Origin: a virus
Taxonomy: Duplodnaviria > Caudoviricetes
DNA: 33,495 nucleotides
Virus record (IMG/VR): IMGVR_UViG_3300035187_003564
Span: 1 to 33,495 of that record
Direction: 5' to 3' (one strand)
The notes beneath the pieces are model-generated. The model did not search any database and had not been told where the DNA came from. It was given only the letters and a program-made list of their open reading frames with translations. Both the position numbers and the translations under genes were made by a program. Positions 8,898-17,383 of the stretch are shown here, piece after piece (positions within the stretch are counted from its first letter, which is position 1; every line of letters begins with the position of its first letter).

Positions 8898-9776
8898 ATG
8901 GCTAACACACTCGGTTCCGTCTCGAACGGAAAGGTCATCGCCCAGCGTGCGCTGGAATTGCTGACCGAAAACTACAACTGGATCTCCGCCGGCGTGAGCG
9001 ACTTCTCGGACGCCACCGCCCGGAAAGGTGATTCCATCACCACCCACATCGTCAGCATCCAGTCCGCCTCGGACTACAGCTCGACCGCCGGCTACGTTCC
9101 CGCGGACGTGACGCAGACCGACGTGACCGTGACGCTCAACAACTTCAAGCACACGACCTACGCGGTAAACGACGACGAGCGCACCAGCTCCAACATCAAC
9201 CTGATCGAGCGTTTCGCCGAACAGGCCGCCCACGCGCTGGGCAAGGCGATGGTGGACTCCGTCCTGGCTCTCGTGACGACCCACTACAGCTCCACGCTGT
9301 CCGTGTCGGCCGATGCCATGACCTTCCGCTCCATCGTGAGCGCGGGTCTCTCGCTCGACAACAACAAGGTGCCCATGGGCGGCCGCTTTGCGGTTCTCTC
9401 CCCGGGCAACTACGCCAGCCTGCTCAACGATTCCAACATCGTGGCCAACGCGCAGCGCAGCGGTGACGTCGTGGCCTCCGGCCAGATCGGCACCGTGGCG
9501 GGCATCTCCGTCTACGGCTACAACGGCCTCGCGGCCGGTGTGTCCAAGGGCTTTGTTGCCCAACGGGAAGCCCTCGTCGTGGCGACCCGCCTCCCGGCGA
9601 TCCCCGACGGCGTCAGCCTCCCCGGCAACGTCGAAGTGGTGACGGAACCCAAGAGCGGTCTCAGCCTGCAAGTCGCGGAGCACTACAACTTCCGCCTCGG
9701 CAGCCACGAGCGGTCCTATCGGATCCTCTACGGTGTCGGCCGCGGGCAGACCAGCTCGCTCGTCCGTATCGTCTAA
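8898..9776 (+). CDS. Major capsid protein (HK97 fold, P22-coat/N4-gp56-like)
   Basis: Position after the scaffold; strong codon bias; KGDSITTH, AAHALGKAMVDSVL, LDNNKVPMGGRFAVLSP, GQIGTVAGISVY, RILYGVG. Confidence 0.88.
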   Translation: MANTLGSVSNGKVIAQRALELLTENYNWISAGVSDFSDATARKGDSITTHIVSIQSASDYSSTAGYVPADVTQTDVTVTLNNFKHTTYAVNDDERTSSNINLIERFAEQAAHALGKAMVDSVLALVTTHYSSTLSVSADAMTFRSIVSAGLSLDNNKVPMGGRFAVLSPGNYASLLNDSNIVANAQRSGDVVASGQIGTVAGISVYGYNGLAAGVSKGFVAQREALVVATRLPAIPDGVSLPGNVEVVTEPKSGLSLQVAEHYNFRLGSHERSYRILYGVGRGQTSSLVRIV

Positions 9777-9795
9777 GTAATTAGACCAACTGGTG

Positions 9796-9830
9796 GGCCG
9801 GCCGCATCGGGGGGTGCGGCCGGCCTTCCT
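9796..9830 (+). terminator. GC-rich hairpin after the capsid gene (weak terminator or mRNA stabiliser)
   Basis: GGCCGGCCGCA-N8-TGCGGCCGGCC (9796-9825) followed only by TTCCT. Confidence 0.6.
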
Positions 9831-9840
9831 CCTAAAGAAA

Positions 9841-11976
9841 ATGAAGCACCCCCCTCTTGTTTCGATCGCCCTCATCGCCGGCCCCGGCGAGGGGGCGATC
9901 TTGCGTAGACTCATCGAATCCGCCCGCGGCCTGTGGGACGAGGTCGTCGTGGTGGCGGCCGTCGGCAAAAACAGCTCGGACGATCTGCGCCAATCGCTCC
10001 AGGACGCGGCCGGAGAGGCCGGCGTGTTTGCGGAGTATCACAACGCCCCGGAGAACGCCGAGTGGCCTCACATCGACAATTTCGCCGCCGCCAGAAATCA
10101 GGCGTTCAGCCTAGCCAAGGGCAAGTTTGTCCTGTGGGCGGACTGCGACGACGTCTTTGAGCCCGGCCAAGCGGCCCTGCACCGTGCCCAGATTGAGGCG
10201 AGGGAAGCCGGCAAAGAGGAGTGGGATCTGCTGGTCACCATCTATGACGTGCAAAACAGCGGCATGCGCAACAACCGCCGGGAGCGGATTTTCCGCCGGA
10301 TGCCGGACGGCAAGCTCTCCGCCTATTGGGAGCGACAGATCCACGAGCGGGTCAAGCCCGTGGAGGGTGCCAAGATTGGCCTGGCCAACCACCTGCGCAT
10401 CCTGCACGCGCCCGCAGGGCCGAAGGTCACCTCCGCCGAGCGCAACAAGCGGATCATCGCCAGCCGGCTGCAGGGCATCGGCATGGAATGGTACTACCTG
10501 GCGCAGGAGCATTTTCTAAAAAACAACTATCAGGAAGCCATCGGTCCGTGCCTGCTGGCACTGGAACACGCCGACGTGGGCGCCACGGAAAAATACCAGC
10601 TTCACGTGGAGGCATCCATGATGCTGGCCGAGCGCAACAAGCGGCTGGAGCACCTTGGGAAAGCCATCACGCTTTCCCCGATGCGCAGGGAGGCGCACGG
10701 CCTGCTGGCCACGGACCGCATGGATCACGGGGATTTTGCCACGGCCTACCACATTTTGAAACAGGTGGACGTCATGCCGTCCACGCAGGATTGGAACCAG
10801 GAGAACCGCTGGTATAAGCACCTACCGCGGCAGCTGATGGCGCAGTGTCTGCGGGCGCTGGGGCAGCACGACGACGCCAAGGCGTTGGTGCGGGACGGCT
10901 TCCGCGGAGCCTGGGGACGGATCACCGTCATCCACGCCGGAGAGCCGGATGACTGCCTAAAATCCATGGCGCTCTATACGGACTGCGCGGACGCCTCCAA
11001 CGGCATCCAGCACCTGCTGCTCACTCAGAAGGGCCACAAAATTGCGGACCGGCTGCACATTGTGCAGAGCGCCGAGGAAAGCATCGCCGAGGCGCTGGGC
11101 GACGTGGTGCTGATGGTGAAAGCCAAGGATGCTCCGCTGCCCGGCCTGCGATGGGACGCGGCCTTGTTGGAAGAGGGAACCGTTCCGTCGGGGGCGGAGC
11201 AGCTGCCCAGTCCTGTCGACAAGAAAAGCCGGGTCGTCATCGGCCTAACCACCACGCCGAAGCGGATCCACACCGTCTTGCCCACCATCCAGAGCTTTTT
11301 GGCTCAGTCCATGCCGGCGGATCAAATTGTGCTTTCCGTGGCTGAAAAGCTGGCCCGCACCGGTGAACGATTCCCGGAGATCCCGGCCGAGCTGCAAAAA
11401 CTGGCGGACGACGGGAAGATCACCATTTACCGCAGCCGCGATCACGGCCCGGCGACCAAGTTCGTTGGGGCGGCCTGGGCGGCGGACGAGGCCGGGGCCC
11501 AGGACGATTTCGTCATCTGGTGCGATGACGACATCCTGTACAGCCCGCGGATGGTGCAGACGTTGGTGGAGAATTGCCCAGACAAGGCGGCCATGGGCCT
11601 GTGCGGCTTTTTTATGACCGGGCCCAAGGGTTACGCCATCGCACCCGACCACCTCGGCCACGCGGAGATTCTGGAGGGCTTTGGGGCGATCGCTTGCCGG
11701 CTGAAGGACATGCCCGATCTGGGCCAGTTCCCGTCCTTCACGGCCAAGGAGTTTGCCCAGCTGGACGAAAAGGGCCGGGCGCGTTTCATGGCGGATGATT
11801 TTGTCATGTCCCACGCCCTGCGGGAAAAGGGGACGCGGACATTGGTCTGCGCCACGCCGGACTACAACCGCACCAACGGCATCCGGATCCGCCCAGAAGG
11901 GCTGGGCGAGGATGCGGTTCAAAACAACAAGGGCACGGGCGGAAACCTTGCCGCCTACGCGCTGCTTAAGGCATGA
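9841..11976 (+). CDS. Multidomain glycosyltransferase: GT2 + TPR + second GT-A domain
   Basis: NFAAARNQAF...VLWADCDD...RERIFRR...QIHE (GT2 with DxD); TPR-like helices; C-terminal LTTTPKRI...DHGPATKF...WCDDDILY. Confidence 0.85.
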   Translation: MKHPPLVSIALIAGPGEGAILRRLIESARGLWDEVVVVAAVGKNSSDDLRQSLQDAAGEAGVFAEYHNAPENAEWPHIDNFAAARNQAFSLAKGKFVLWADCDDVFEPGQAALHRAQIEAREAGKEEWDLLVTIYDVQNSGMRNNRRERIFRRMPDGKLSAYWERQIHERVKPVEGAKIGLANHLRILHAPAGPKVTSAERNKRIIASRLQGIGMEWYYLAQEHFLKNNYQEAIGPCLLALEHADVGATEKYQLHVEASMMLAERNKRLEHLGKAITLSPMRREAHGLLATDRMDHGDFATAYHILKQVDVMPSTQDWNQENRWYKHLPRQLMAQCLRALGQHDDAKALVRDGFRGAWGRITVIHAGEPDDCLKSMALYTDCADASNGIQHLLLTQKGHKIADRLHIVQSAEESIAEALGDVVLMVKAKDAPLPGLRWDAALLEEGTVPSGAEQLPSPVDKKSRVVIGLTTTPKRIHTVLPTIQSFLAQSMPADQIVLSVAEKLARTGERFPEIPAELQKLADDGKITIYRSRDHGPATKFVGAAWAADEAGAQDDFVIWCDDDILYSPRMVQTLVENCPDKAAMGLCGFFMTGPKGYAIAPDHLGHAEILEGFGAIACRLKDMPDLGQFPSFTAKEFAQLDEKGRARFMADDFVMSHALREKGTRTLVCATPDYNRTNGIRIRPEGLGEDAVQNNKGTGGNLAAYALLKA

Positions 11977-12647
11977 AAAAAACCCTGACGATCAGCGGCC
12001 ACAGGCGGCCGGACTATTTCCAGCGCGTGCTGTCCGCGCTCTCCTTTTGCGATGGCGTCAGCGAGTACGCCGTCACTGCCGTGCTGGATCCCAGCGAGTG
12101 GACCGACCAGCTGGCCGATATCGCCCGTGGCCACGGCATGGCCGTGCATATTCCGGGAAAGCACCTTGGCTGCGGGGCGGCCATCCGGCACTGCTTGGCG
12201 CTGGGCTTTGAGGCGTCTGACTACCACATCCATCTGGAGGACGACACCGTCCCCAGCCCGGACGCTTTGCGTTGGTTTGAGTGGGCCGGCCGTCAAGCCA
12301 GTCCCATGACCCTGACCATTTCCGGCTACAACCAGCACGCCGGAGATGCCGAGGCCAACACGGCCGGCTGGCGTCATTGGTTCACCCCGTGGGGCTGGGC
12401 CACGTGGCGGGACTATTGGGAAAAATATCTTTCGCCCTCCTGGGACGACTCTTTCTGGGACGGCGGGGTACAGCGCATCCGCGACAATTTGGGCATGGGG
12501 GAGATGTTCCCGCGCGTCAGCCGGATCCAGAACATCGGCGCCACCCGTGGCGCCTTTTGCCCATCAGAAGATTTTCACCGGAAAAATCAGCACGCCACCC
12601 GCGTGGCTGGGCCGGAGGACAAAACAGAAAGGTGGATCCTCGCATGA
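11973..12647 (+). CDS. Glycosyltransferase, GT-A fold (GnT-I/GT13-like)
   Basis: RRPDYFQRVLSAL, HLEDDTVPSPD, FTPWGWATW, WD, FPRVSRIQNIG. Confidence 0.75.
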   Translation: MKKTLTISGHRRPDYFQRVLSALSFCDGVSEYAVTAVLDPSEWTDQLADIARGHGMAVHIPGKHLGCGAAIRHCLALGFEASDYHIHLEDDTVPSPDALRWFEWAGRQASPMTLTISGYNQHAGDAEANTAGWRHWFTPWGWATWRDYWEKYLSPSWDDSFWDGGVQRIRDNLGMGEMFPRVSRIQNIGATRGAFCPSEDFHRKNQHATRVAGPEDKTERWILA

Positions 12648-14185
12648 ACTACGCATTTTTAATCGCCTACCGGGCGCGCCCGCCCCAGGAGTTTAGAAAA
12701 CTTGAGCTGGAGGCGCTGATCGAAAACATCCGCGCCGTCATGGCCAAAAACCCGCGCCACACCTACAAGATCTGGGTCGGCGAACAGGACGACGACAAAA
12801 AGTTCAACCGCGGCTGGCTGCTCAACTCCATTTTCAACGAGGCGGCAAGGGAGGACGAAAACGCCTGCTTCGTTCACGTAAACACGGACTACCAGCTTCC
12901 CGTGGCCGAGCTTCCCGGCGAGCTGGAGGAGATGCCGGAAGGCTTTCTGGATCTGCATGGATACCCGCTGGCCTTGGGCGCGTTTTGCGCGTTTTCGGCC
13001 AAGGCGTACCGCGCCTGCAACGGATTTCCAAACGACCTGTGGGGCTGGGGCGGGGACGACTGGGCGATCTGGAAACGGATCGAGCTGGCCGGCCTCAAGG
13101 TGGATCGTCCAGGGCACCTCTACAACCGCTGGATCCTGGAGGGCAAGGAGCACGTCCGCGACGAAAGCAACAACGCCGAAAACATCACCAAGGCCCTGGA
13201 CGTCACCGGCGCCAGCATGATGCAGAACGGTGCCAACACCGCCGCCTACTGGATCAGCCGATCCTCCAGCCCGGGCCTGCAGGGGGACGTGCGCTGGCGC
13301 AGCTTTCAGCAGCCCAAGCACTTTCTGGTCACCGGCGGCGCGGGCTTTATCGGCAGCCACTTGGTCGACGAGCTGTGCCGGACGTGGAACCGCGTGGAGG
13401 TGATCGACAGCCTGCGGTCCGGTTTCCGGCAGCAGGTCAACAACCGGGCCAGCCTGATTGAGCGCGACATCCGCAGCTACGAATCCATCTGCCAGCTGTT
13501 TGACGGCAAGGACGGCGTCTTTCACCTGGCGGCCATCGCCCGGACTCCGTGGTGCATTGAGGATCCCATTCTTTGCTATCAGACCAACGTGATGGGCACG
13601 CTGCACGTGTGCGAGGCCGCCCGGCAGGCCAAGGTGCCCCGCGTCGTGCTGTCCAGCTCCAACGTGGTCTATGCCTTTATGACACCCTATCGCACCGGCA
13701 AGGAGGCGGGCGAGGGGATCGGGACCACGTATGCCGACATGTACGGGCAAAGCGTCATTAGTTTGCGCTACAGCAATGTCTACGGCCCGCGCCAGAGCGA
13801 GACCGGCCCCAGCCCAAACGTCTTTGCGGCTTTGCGAAAAAGCCGGCGGGACGAGGGCCGGTTGGTCATTACCGGAGACGGCGAGCAGACGAGGGATTTC
13901 ACCCACGTGTCTGACATTGTGCAGGGAAACCTGCAAGCCATACGGTCCCGCCATTGCGGGGTGGTGGATCTTTGCACCGGAAAGAACTGGAGCCTGAATC
14001 AGGTGGCCAAGTGGTTTGGCGGCGAGATCCGCTACACCGACGAGCGTCCCGGGGACGTGAAGCACATCGTGCAAAACCCTGAGGATGCCCGGCTGATTCT
14101 AGGCTGGGAGGCCAAGGTGAATCTGGCCGACGGCATCCGGGATGTGCTGCCGGAAGTATCTTTGACACAGGCACCCACGGCGTGA
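12644..14185 (+). CDS. Fusion of a GT7 (beta-1,4-galactosyltransferase-like) domain and an NAD-dependent NDP-sugar epimerase/dehydratase
   Basis: EQ...FNRGWLLN and NGFPNDLWGWGGDD (GT7); VTGGAGFIGSHL, YxxxK (YRTGK), LRYSNVYGPRQ, GDGEQTRDF (extended SDR); ATGA overlap at 12644. Confidence 0.88.
   Translation: MNYAFLIAYRARPPQEFRKLELEALIENIRAVMAKNPRHTYKIWVGEQDDDKKFNRGWLLNSIFNEAAREDENACFVHVNTDYQLPVAELPGELEEMPEGFLDLHGYPLALGAFCAFSAKAYRACNGFPNDLWGWGGDDWAIWKRIELAGLKVDRPGHLYNRWILEGKEHVRDESNNAENITKALDVTGASMMQNGANTAAYWISRSSSPGLQGDVRWRSFQQPKHFLVTGGAGFIGSHLVDELCRTWNRVEVIDSLRSGFRQQVNNRASLIERDIRSYESICQLFDGKDGVFHLAAIARTPWCIEDPILCYQTNVMGTLHVCEAARQAKVPRVVLSSSNVVYAFMTPYRTGKEAGEGIGTTYADMYGQSVISLRYSNVYGPRQSETGPSPNVFAALRKSRRDEGRLVITGDGEQTRDFTHVSDIVQGNLQAIRSRHCGVVDLCTGKNWSLNQVAKWFGGEIRYTDERPGDVKHIVQNPEDARLILGWEAKVNLADGIRDVLPEVSLTQAPTA
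14162..14167 (+). promoter_or_regulatory. TTGACA late-gene motif, 14 nt before GTG 14182
   Basis: Repeated motif. Confidence 0.7.
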
Positions 14186-14493
14186 CCGAGCTGGACAGCC
14201 TGATGACCGCCGGCCTTTCCGACATGATCGCCGGGGCCGGATCCGTGACCGCCTCCATCGGAGGCACCACGGTCACCGGCATGTATACGCCCGGCGAAAA
14301 GAGCGGGGAGCTGGGCATGGGCGGACTCGTCACGCCCGCCCCGGCAGAGTTTGTTTGCCCGGCCACGGCCGCCAGCGCTCCGTCTCTGTTGGGCACGATC
14401 ACCGTGGCCAACGCCACCAAGCGCGTGATGAGCACCCAGGAGGACGGCGGGCTGATCACCATCACGCTGGGCAATCCCGAGGACGTGCGATGA
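14182..14493 (+). CDS. Putative head-tail joining protein (gpFII-like)
   Basis: Size, beta-rich sequence and position at the start of the neck/tail module. Confidence 0.55.
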   Translation: MTELDSLMTAGLSDMIAGAGSVTASIGGTTVTGMYTPGEKSGELGMGGLVTPAPAEFVCPATAASAPSLLGTITVANATKRVMSTQEDGGLITITLGNPEDVR

Positions 14494-14909
14494 GCCTGCG
14501 CCTTTCCTTTGAATCCAAGCTGGCGGACTACCTTACAGCCGTCAGTCCGTCCAAGCCGTCCGCCCTGCAAGTGCAGGCCGCTCATAAAATCACGGAGCTG
14601 GAGATGCCCGCGCTCGTCATCCACGCGGAAAGCGCGGAGACCATGGAGGAGGGGATCCAGACCAATACCCGCAAGATCACCGTGCAGGCCAGCGTGATGA
14701 CGCCCATCCAAGAGACGGCCACCGTGGCCAGCCACACCGCCGCTTTTCTATGGGCGGAGGCCCGGCTCAAGGATCGGGCCGCCATGATCTCCGGCATCAC
14801 CGCCGGGGTCACCATCCTGGGCAGCCACATCCAGGCCGAGCGCACCGAGACCAACGAGCGGGCCATGGCCGACAGCCTGACCGCCATCTTTTACGTAGAC
14901 CCGTCGTGA
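14490..14909 (+). CDS. Putative tail terminator/completion protein
   Basis: ATGA overlap; ELEMPALVIHAES pattern typical of gpU-like proteins; position. Confidence 0.5.
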   Translation: MSLRLSFESKLADYLTAVSPSKPSALQVQAAHKITELEMPALVIHAESAETMEEGIQTNTRKITVQASVMTPIQETATVASHTAAFLWAEARLKDRAAMISGITAGVTILGSHIQAERTETNERAMADSLTAIFYVDPS

Positions 14910-15355
14910 TCGGGGAAATCACGGAGCACTTTTTTGGCTCCGTGACGGAGCTGTCCTGGTACGAGGACGGCCGCGGCAAGCTGATGGAAATCCTGCGGGG
15001 TGAAGGGGTGGATTTTGGGCAGGCCTACGTCACCACCTGCCGCCCCGGGGTGGTGAAGGCATGGCACCATCACGAGCGCCAAACCGACAGGATGATCTGC
15101 CTCCATGGCGCCCTGCAGATCGGTTTGGTTGATTTGCGGTCAGAAAAGACCGCCACCGTTTATTCCAGCCCGCACGCGCCTCGCCTAGTGACCATCCGCC
15201 CGGGCATCTGGCACGGCTTTTCGGCGGTGGGGGCGGAGGAGGCGATTGTCCTAAACCTGCCCGATCGCGCCTACGACAGAAAAAATCCAGATGAGCAGCG
15301 CCGGCCGGCGCATGATCCGGCGATCCCGTACCGCTGGGGCGTGCAGGACGGTTGA
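14906..15355 (+). CDS. rmlC: dTDP-4-dehydrorhamnose 3,5-epimerase family cupin
   Basis: EDGRGKLME, QAYVTTCRPGVVKAWHHH, LVDLR, IRPGIWHGF, DPAIPYRW; GTGA overlap. Confidence 0.85.
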   Translation: MIGEITEHFFGSVTELSWYEDGRGKLMEILRGEGVDFGQAYVTTCRPGVVKAWHHHERQTDRMICLHGALQIGLVDLRSEKTATVYSSPHAPRLVTIRPGIWHGFSAVGAEEAIVLNLPDRAYDRKNPDEQRRPAHDPAIPYRWGVQDG

Positions 15356-15357
15356 CA
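15352..15357 (+). promoter_or_regulatory. TTGACA late-gene motif, 16 nt before ATG 15374 (C-GTA at the 14-nt offset)
   Basis: Repeated motif. Confidence 0.65.
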
Positions 15358-15373
15358 GTATTGATTCGGGCGT

Positions 15374-15655
15374 ATGGCTTACACCTACGGCACACCCGCC
15401 AGTACCACTCTTTCAGAAACAGTCGCCACGTCCTTCGAGCGGCTCTTTGTCCAAGGCGCCGATGGCGCCGTCAAGGCCGGCTTTAAGAAATACGCTCAGG
15501 GCGAGAAGCGCGTGGAGACCTACAGCAGCACGCTCCCCACGCTGGCCAGCGGCACAATGGCCAACGGGGCCGTGGTGGGTTTTGAGTATCGCGAAACCAA
15601 CACGGACGAGCCCCGCGTGACGGAAACGCAGCTGTCCTGGAGCGCCATTCCGTAA
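15374..15655 (+). CDS. Small structural protein, putative minimal tail tube protein
   Basis: Thr/Ser/Gly-rich beta protein in the tail tube position. Confidence 0.45.
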   Translation: MAYTYGTPASTTLSETVATSFERLFVQGADGAVKAGFKKYAQGEKRVETYSSTLPTLASGTMANGAVVGFEYRETNTDEPRVTETQLSWSAIP

Positions 15656-15665
15656 GGAGTAGATC

Positions 15666-15965
15666 ATGGCCGTAGGCACCACCATTTCCATCAGCGGACT
15701 TATCGTCACCAACGCGACCCTCACCGGCACCGTTGATCAGTTGATCACCGAAAGCGGCTCGCAAAACACCGTTCCGCCCGTCAAGGAAGCCTACAACGAT
15801 CGCGTGGAAGCCAGCATCGAGGGCATCGACGACGGCTACACCGCCGCCAACACCTTCACCGCCAAGGGCCTGACCTTCCAGACCACCAGCGTGGAGCGCC
15901 GCCGCACGCTGGGCGACGTGGCTAAGGTTTCGCTGCGCGGCATCAATTACCCGGATCTGACCTAA
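15666..15965 (+). CDS. Small structural protein, putative minimal tail tube protein
   Basis: AAGGAG SD, strong codon bias, beta-strand pattern similar to the upstream gene. Confidence 0.5.
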   Translation: MAVGTTISISGLIVTNATLTGTVDQLITESGSQNTVPPVKEAYNDRVEASIEGIDDGYTAANTFTAKGLTFQTTSVERRRTLGDVAKVSLRGINYPDLT

Positions 15966-15983
15966 GCCTCCGGGCCCCACGCC

Positions 15984-16562
15984 GTGGCCCTGGATAAACT
16001 ATTTTCCGAGAGCTTGGTCAACCGGGACGACCACGTCGTCCTAGGCGTCCGCCTGCAGCCCTTGTCTCTCTGGCACGCCACGCTCCTGGAGCTGATTGAA
16101 AGCCCGCTGTGGCACGGCAAAAGCGGCGTCACCATGACCGATCTGCGCCTGGCCGTTTCGATCTGCTCCGGCAAATGGCCGGAGTACCGGATCCCGCAGG
16201 GATGGCGTCTCATGCTGTGGGCGTTTCGCTCCCGGCGCTGCCGGCTGGCCGTGGAGGCCGCCAAGTTTTCCGCCTACATCCGGGATTTTCACGCCCCGCC
16301 GATGCTGTGGGAAAAGGAGCAGAAGGAGCGGCCGAAGGGGCCGGAGCTGTGCCCGTTGCCCCAACCGCTGGACGTGGTGGCGTGGCTGGTGCGGCACGGC
16401 TTTGGCGAGGACAGAAGCTGGACGATGCCGATCGGACTGGCGCACTGGTACTACGTGGCCATCGCCAAGCAGCGGGGCGCGGAGGTGGAGCTGGTCAGTC
16501 CGGGCGAGCAGGTGGCGATTGAGAAGGTCAAAGCCCGCCGCGGCATGCAGAGGGCTGGGTAA
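15984..16562 (+). CDS. Putative tail assembly chaperone
   Basis: Between tube-like genes and the tape measure; C-terminal WTMPIGLAHWY motif resembles gpT-type chaperone ends. Confidence 0.5.
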   Translation: MALDKLFSESLVNRDDHVVLGVRLQPLSLWHATLLELIESPLWHGKSGVTMTDLRLAVSICSGKWPEYRIPQGWRLMLWAFRSRRCRLAVEAAKFSAYIRDFHAPPMLWEKEQKERPKGPELCPLPQPLDVVAWLVRHGFGEDRSWTMPIGLAHWYYVAIAKQRGAEVELVSPGEQVAIEKVKARRGMQRAG

Positions 16563-17383
16563 TGGCCTTAAAAATATCCGTTGATGATAGGAAGTTTCAG
16601 CGCGCCCTAAAAAGATTTTACGCCGCCAGCGAAAAAGACCGAGCGGCTATTCTTAAGGCGCAAGGCAGGTTGATTTGCGTCAATTTGGCCTTTCAGACCG
16701 CTCCGTTTGGTAAAGACAAAGCCGCCAAGCTAAGAGGCGAGGGAAGCGCCCAAGCGGACATCAACCGCGTGTACAAGGGGCCGGCCATCGTGCACCGAAA
16801 TATCTGGAACTCCGGGCAGGGGAAAGACCTGCAAAACATTGAGGACAGCCGCCAAGCCGCGGCCGCTTTTGTGCGGCTGGTGCGCGATGGCAAGACGGCA
16901 GAGGCAGAGAAACTTTTGCAGGATCTGCGGATTGATAAGCACAAGGAGGCCAAGGTGGCAAAATTCGATGCGGGCGTGGCCGTAAAGGCAGCCCGTCATG
17001 GCCCACGAAAAAAAGTGAGCCGCAATCAATTCGTCCAGCTGGTACCCACGGACTACAACTCGTTGAAGAAATTTGCCAAAAAGGTGCAACAGCGCGTGGG
17101 CTTGGCCAAGGCCGGATGGGCCAGTGCCGCAAAATGGCTGGGCGGCATGCGGGATATTCCGGCCTGGGTGCAGCGCCATACGGATGGGCGGGCTCTCAGC
17201 AGCCTGGACGATCAAAGCCAAAGAGGTTCACGGCCTTATATCAAGATCACCAATATGGTTCCCTACGTAAGCCGCTGTATTTCGTCAGGGCAAATCCAGC
17301 GCGCCCTTGACATCCAAAGGCAAAAAATGATTAAGGCAATTAACATTGCCACCTCCAAAGCGGCGAAGGCCAACGGGTTATGA
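16562..17383 (+). CDS. Basic neck/tail completion protein (HK97 gp10-like)
   Basis: N-terminal ISVDDRKFQRALKRF and C-terminal ITNMVPYVS; highly basic. Confidence 0.5.
   Translation: MALKISVDDRKFQRALKRFYAASEKDRAAILKAQGRLICVNLAFQTAPFGKDKAAKLRGEGSAQADINRVYKGPAIVHRNIWNSGQGKDLQNIEDSRQAAAAFVRLVRDGKTAEAEKLLQDLRIDKHKEAKVAKFDAGVAVKAARHGPRKKVSRNQFVQLVPTDYNSLKKFAKKVQQRVGLAKAGWASAAKWLGGMRDIPAWVQRHTDGRALSSLDDQSQRGSRPYIKITNMVPYVSRCISSGQIQRALDIQRQKMIKAINIATSKAAKANGL
17307..17312 (+). promoter_or_regulatory. TTGACA late-gene motif, 14 nt before the internal in-frame ATG 17327
   Basis: ATG 17327 opens an 18-codon frame that ends in the ATGA overlap with the tape measure start. Confidence 0.5.

Noticed and set aside
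8379-9968. 529 aa antisense ORF over the scaffold and capsid genes
   Set aside because: Shadow frame caused by strong GC3 codon bias of the sense genes; no recognisable motifs
12281-12643. Extended 5' ends called for several ORFs (12281, also 676, 9793, 14355, 14750, 21403, 25698)
   Set aside because: They overlap upstream genes or hairpins; coupled or domain-boundary starts downstream fit better
12659-14074. 471 aa antisense ORF over the GT7-epimerase gene
   Set aside because: Same shadow-ORF effect; the sense strand has clear enzyme motifs
9841-15355. Host LPS/capsule locus misassembled into the phage
   Set aside because: The genes are coupled to flanking virion genes, look similar in composition, and lack Wzx/Wzy or other membrane components
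15984-16562. Programmed -1 frameshift in the tail chaperone
   Set aside because: No convincing XXXYYYZ site with an overlapping second ORF was seen
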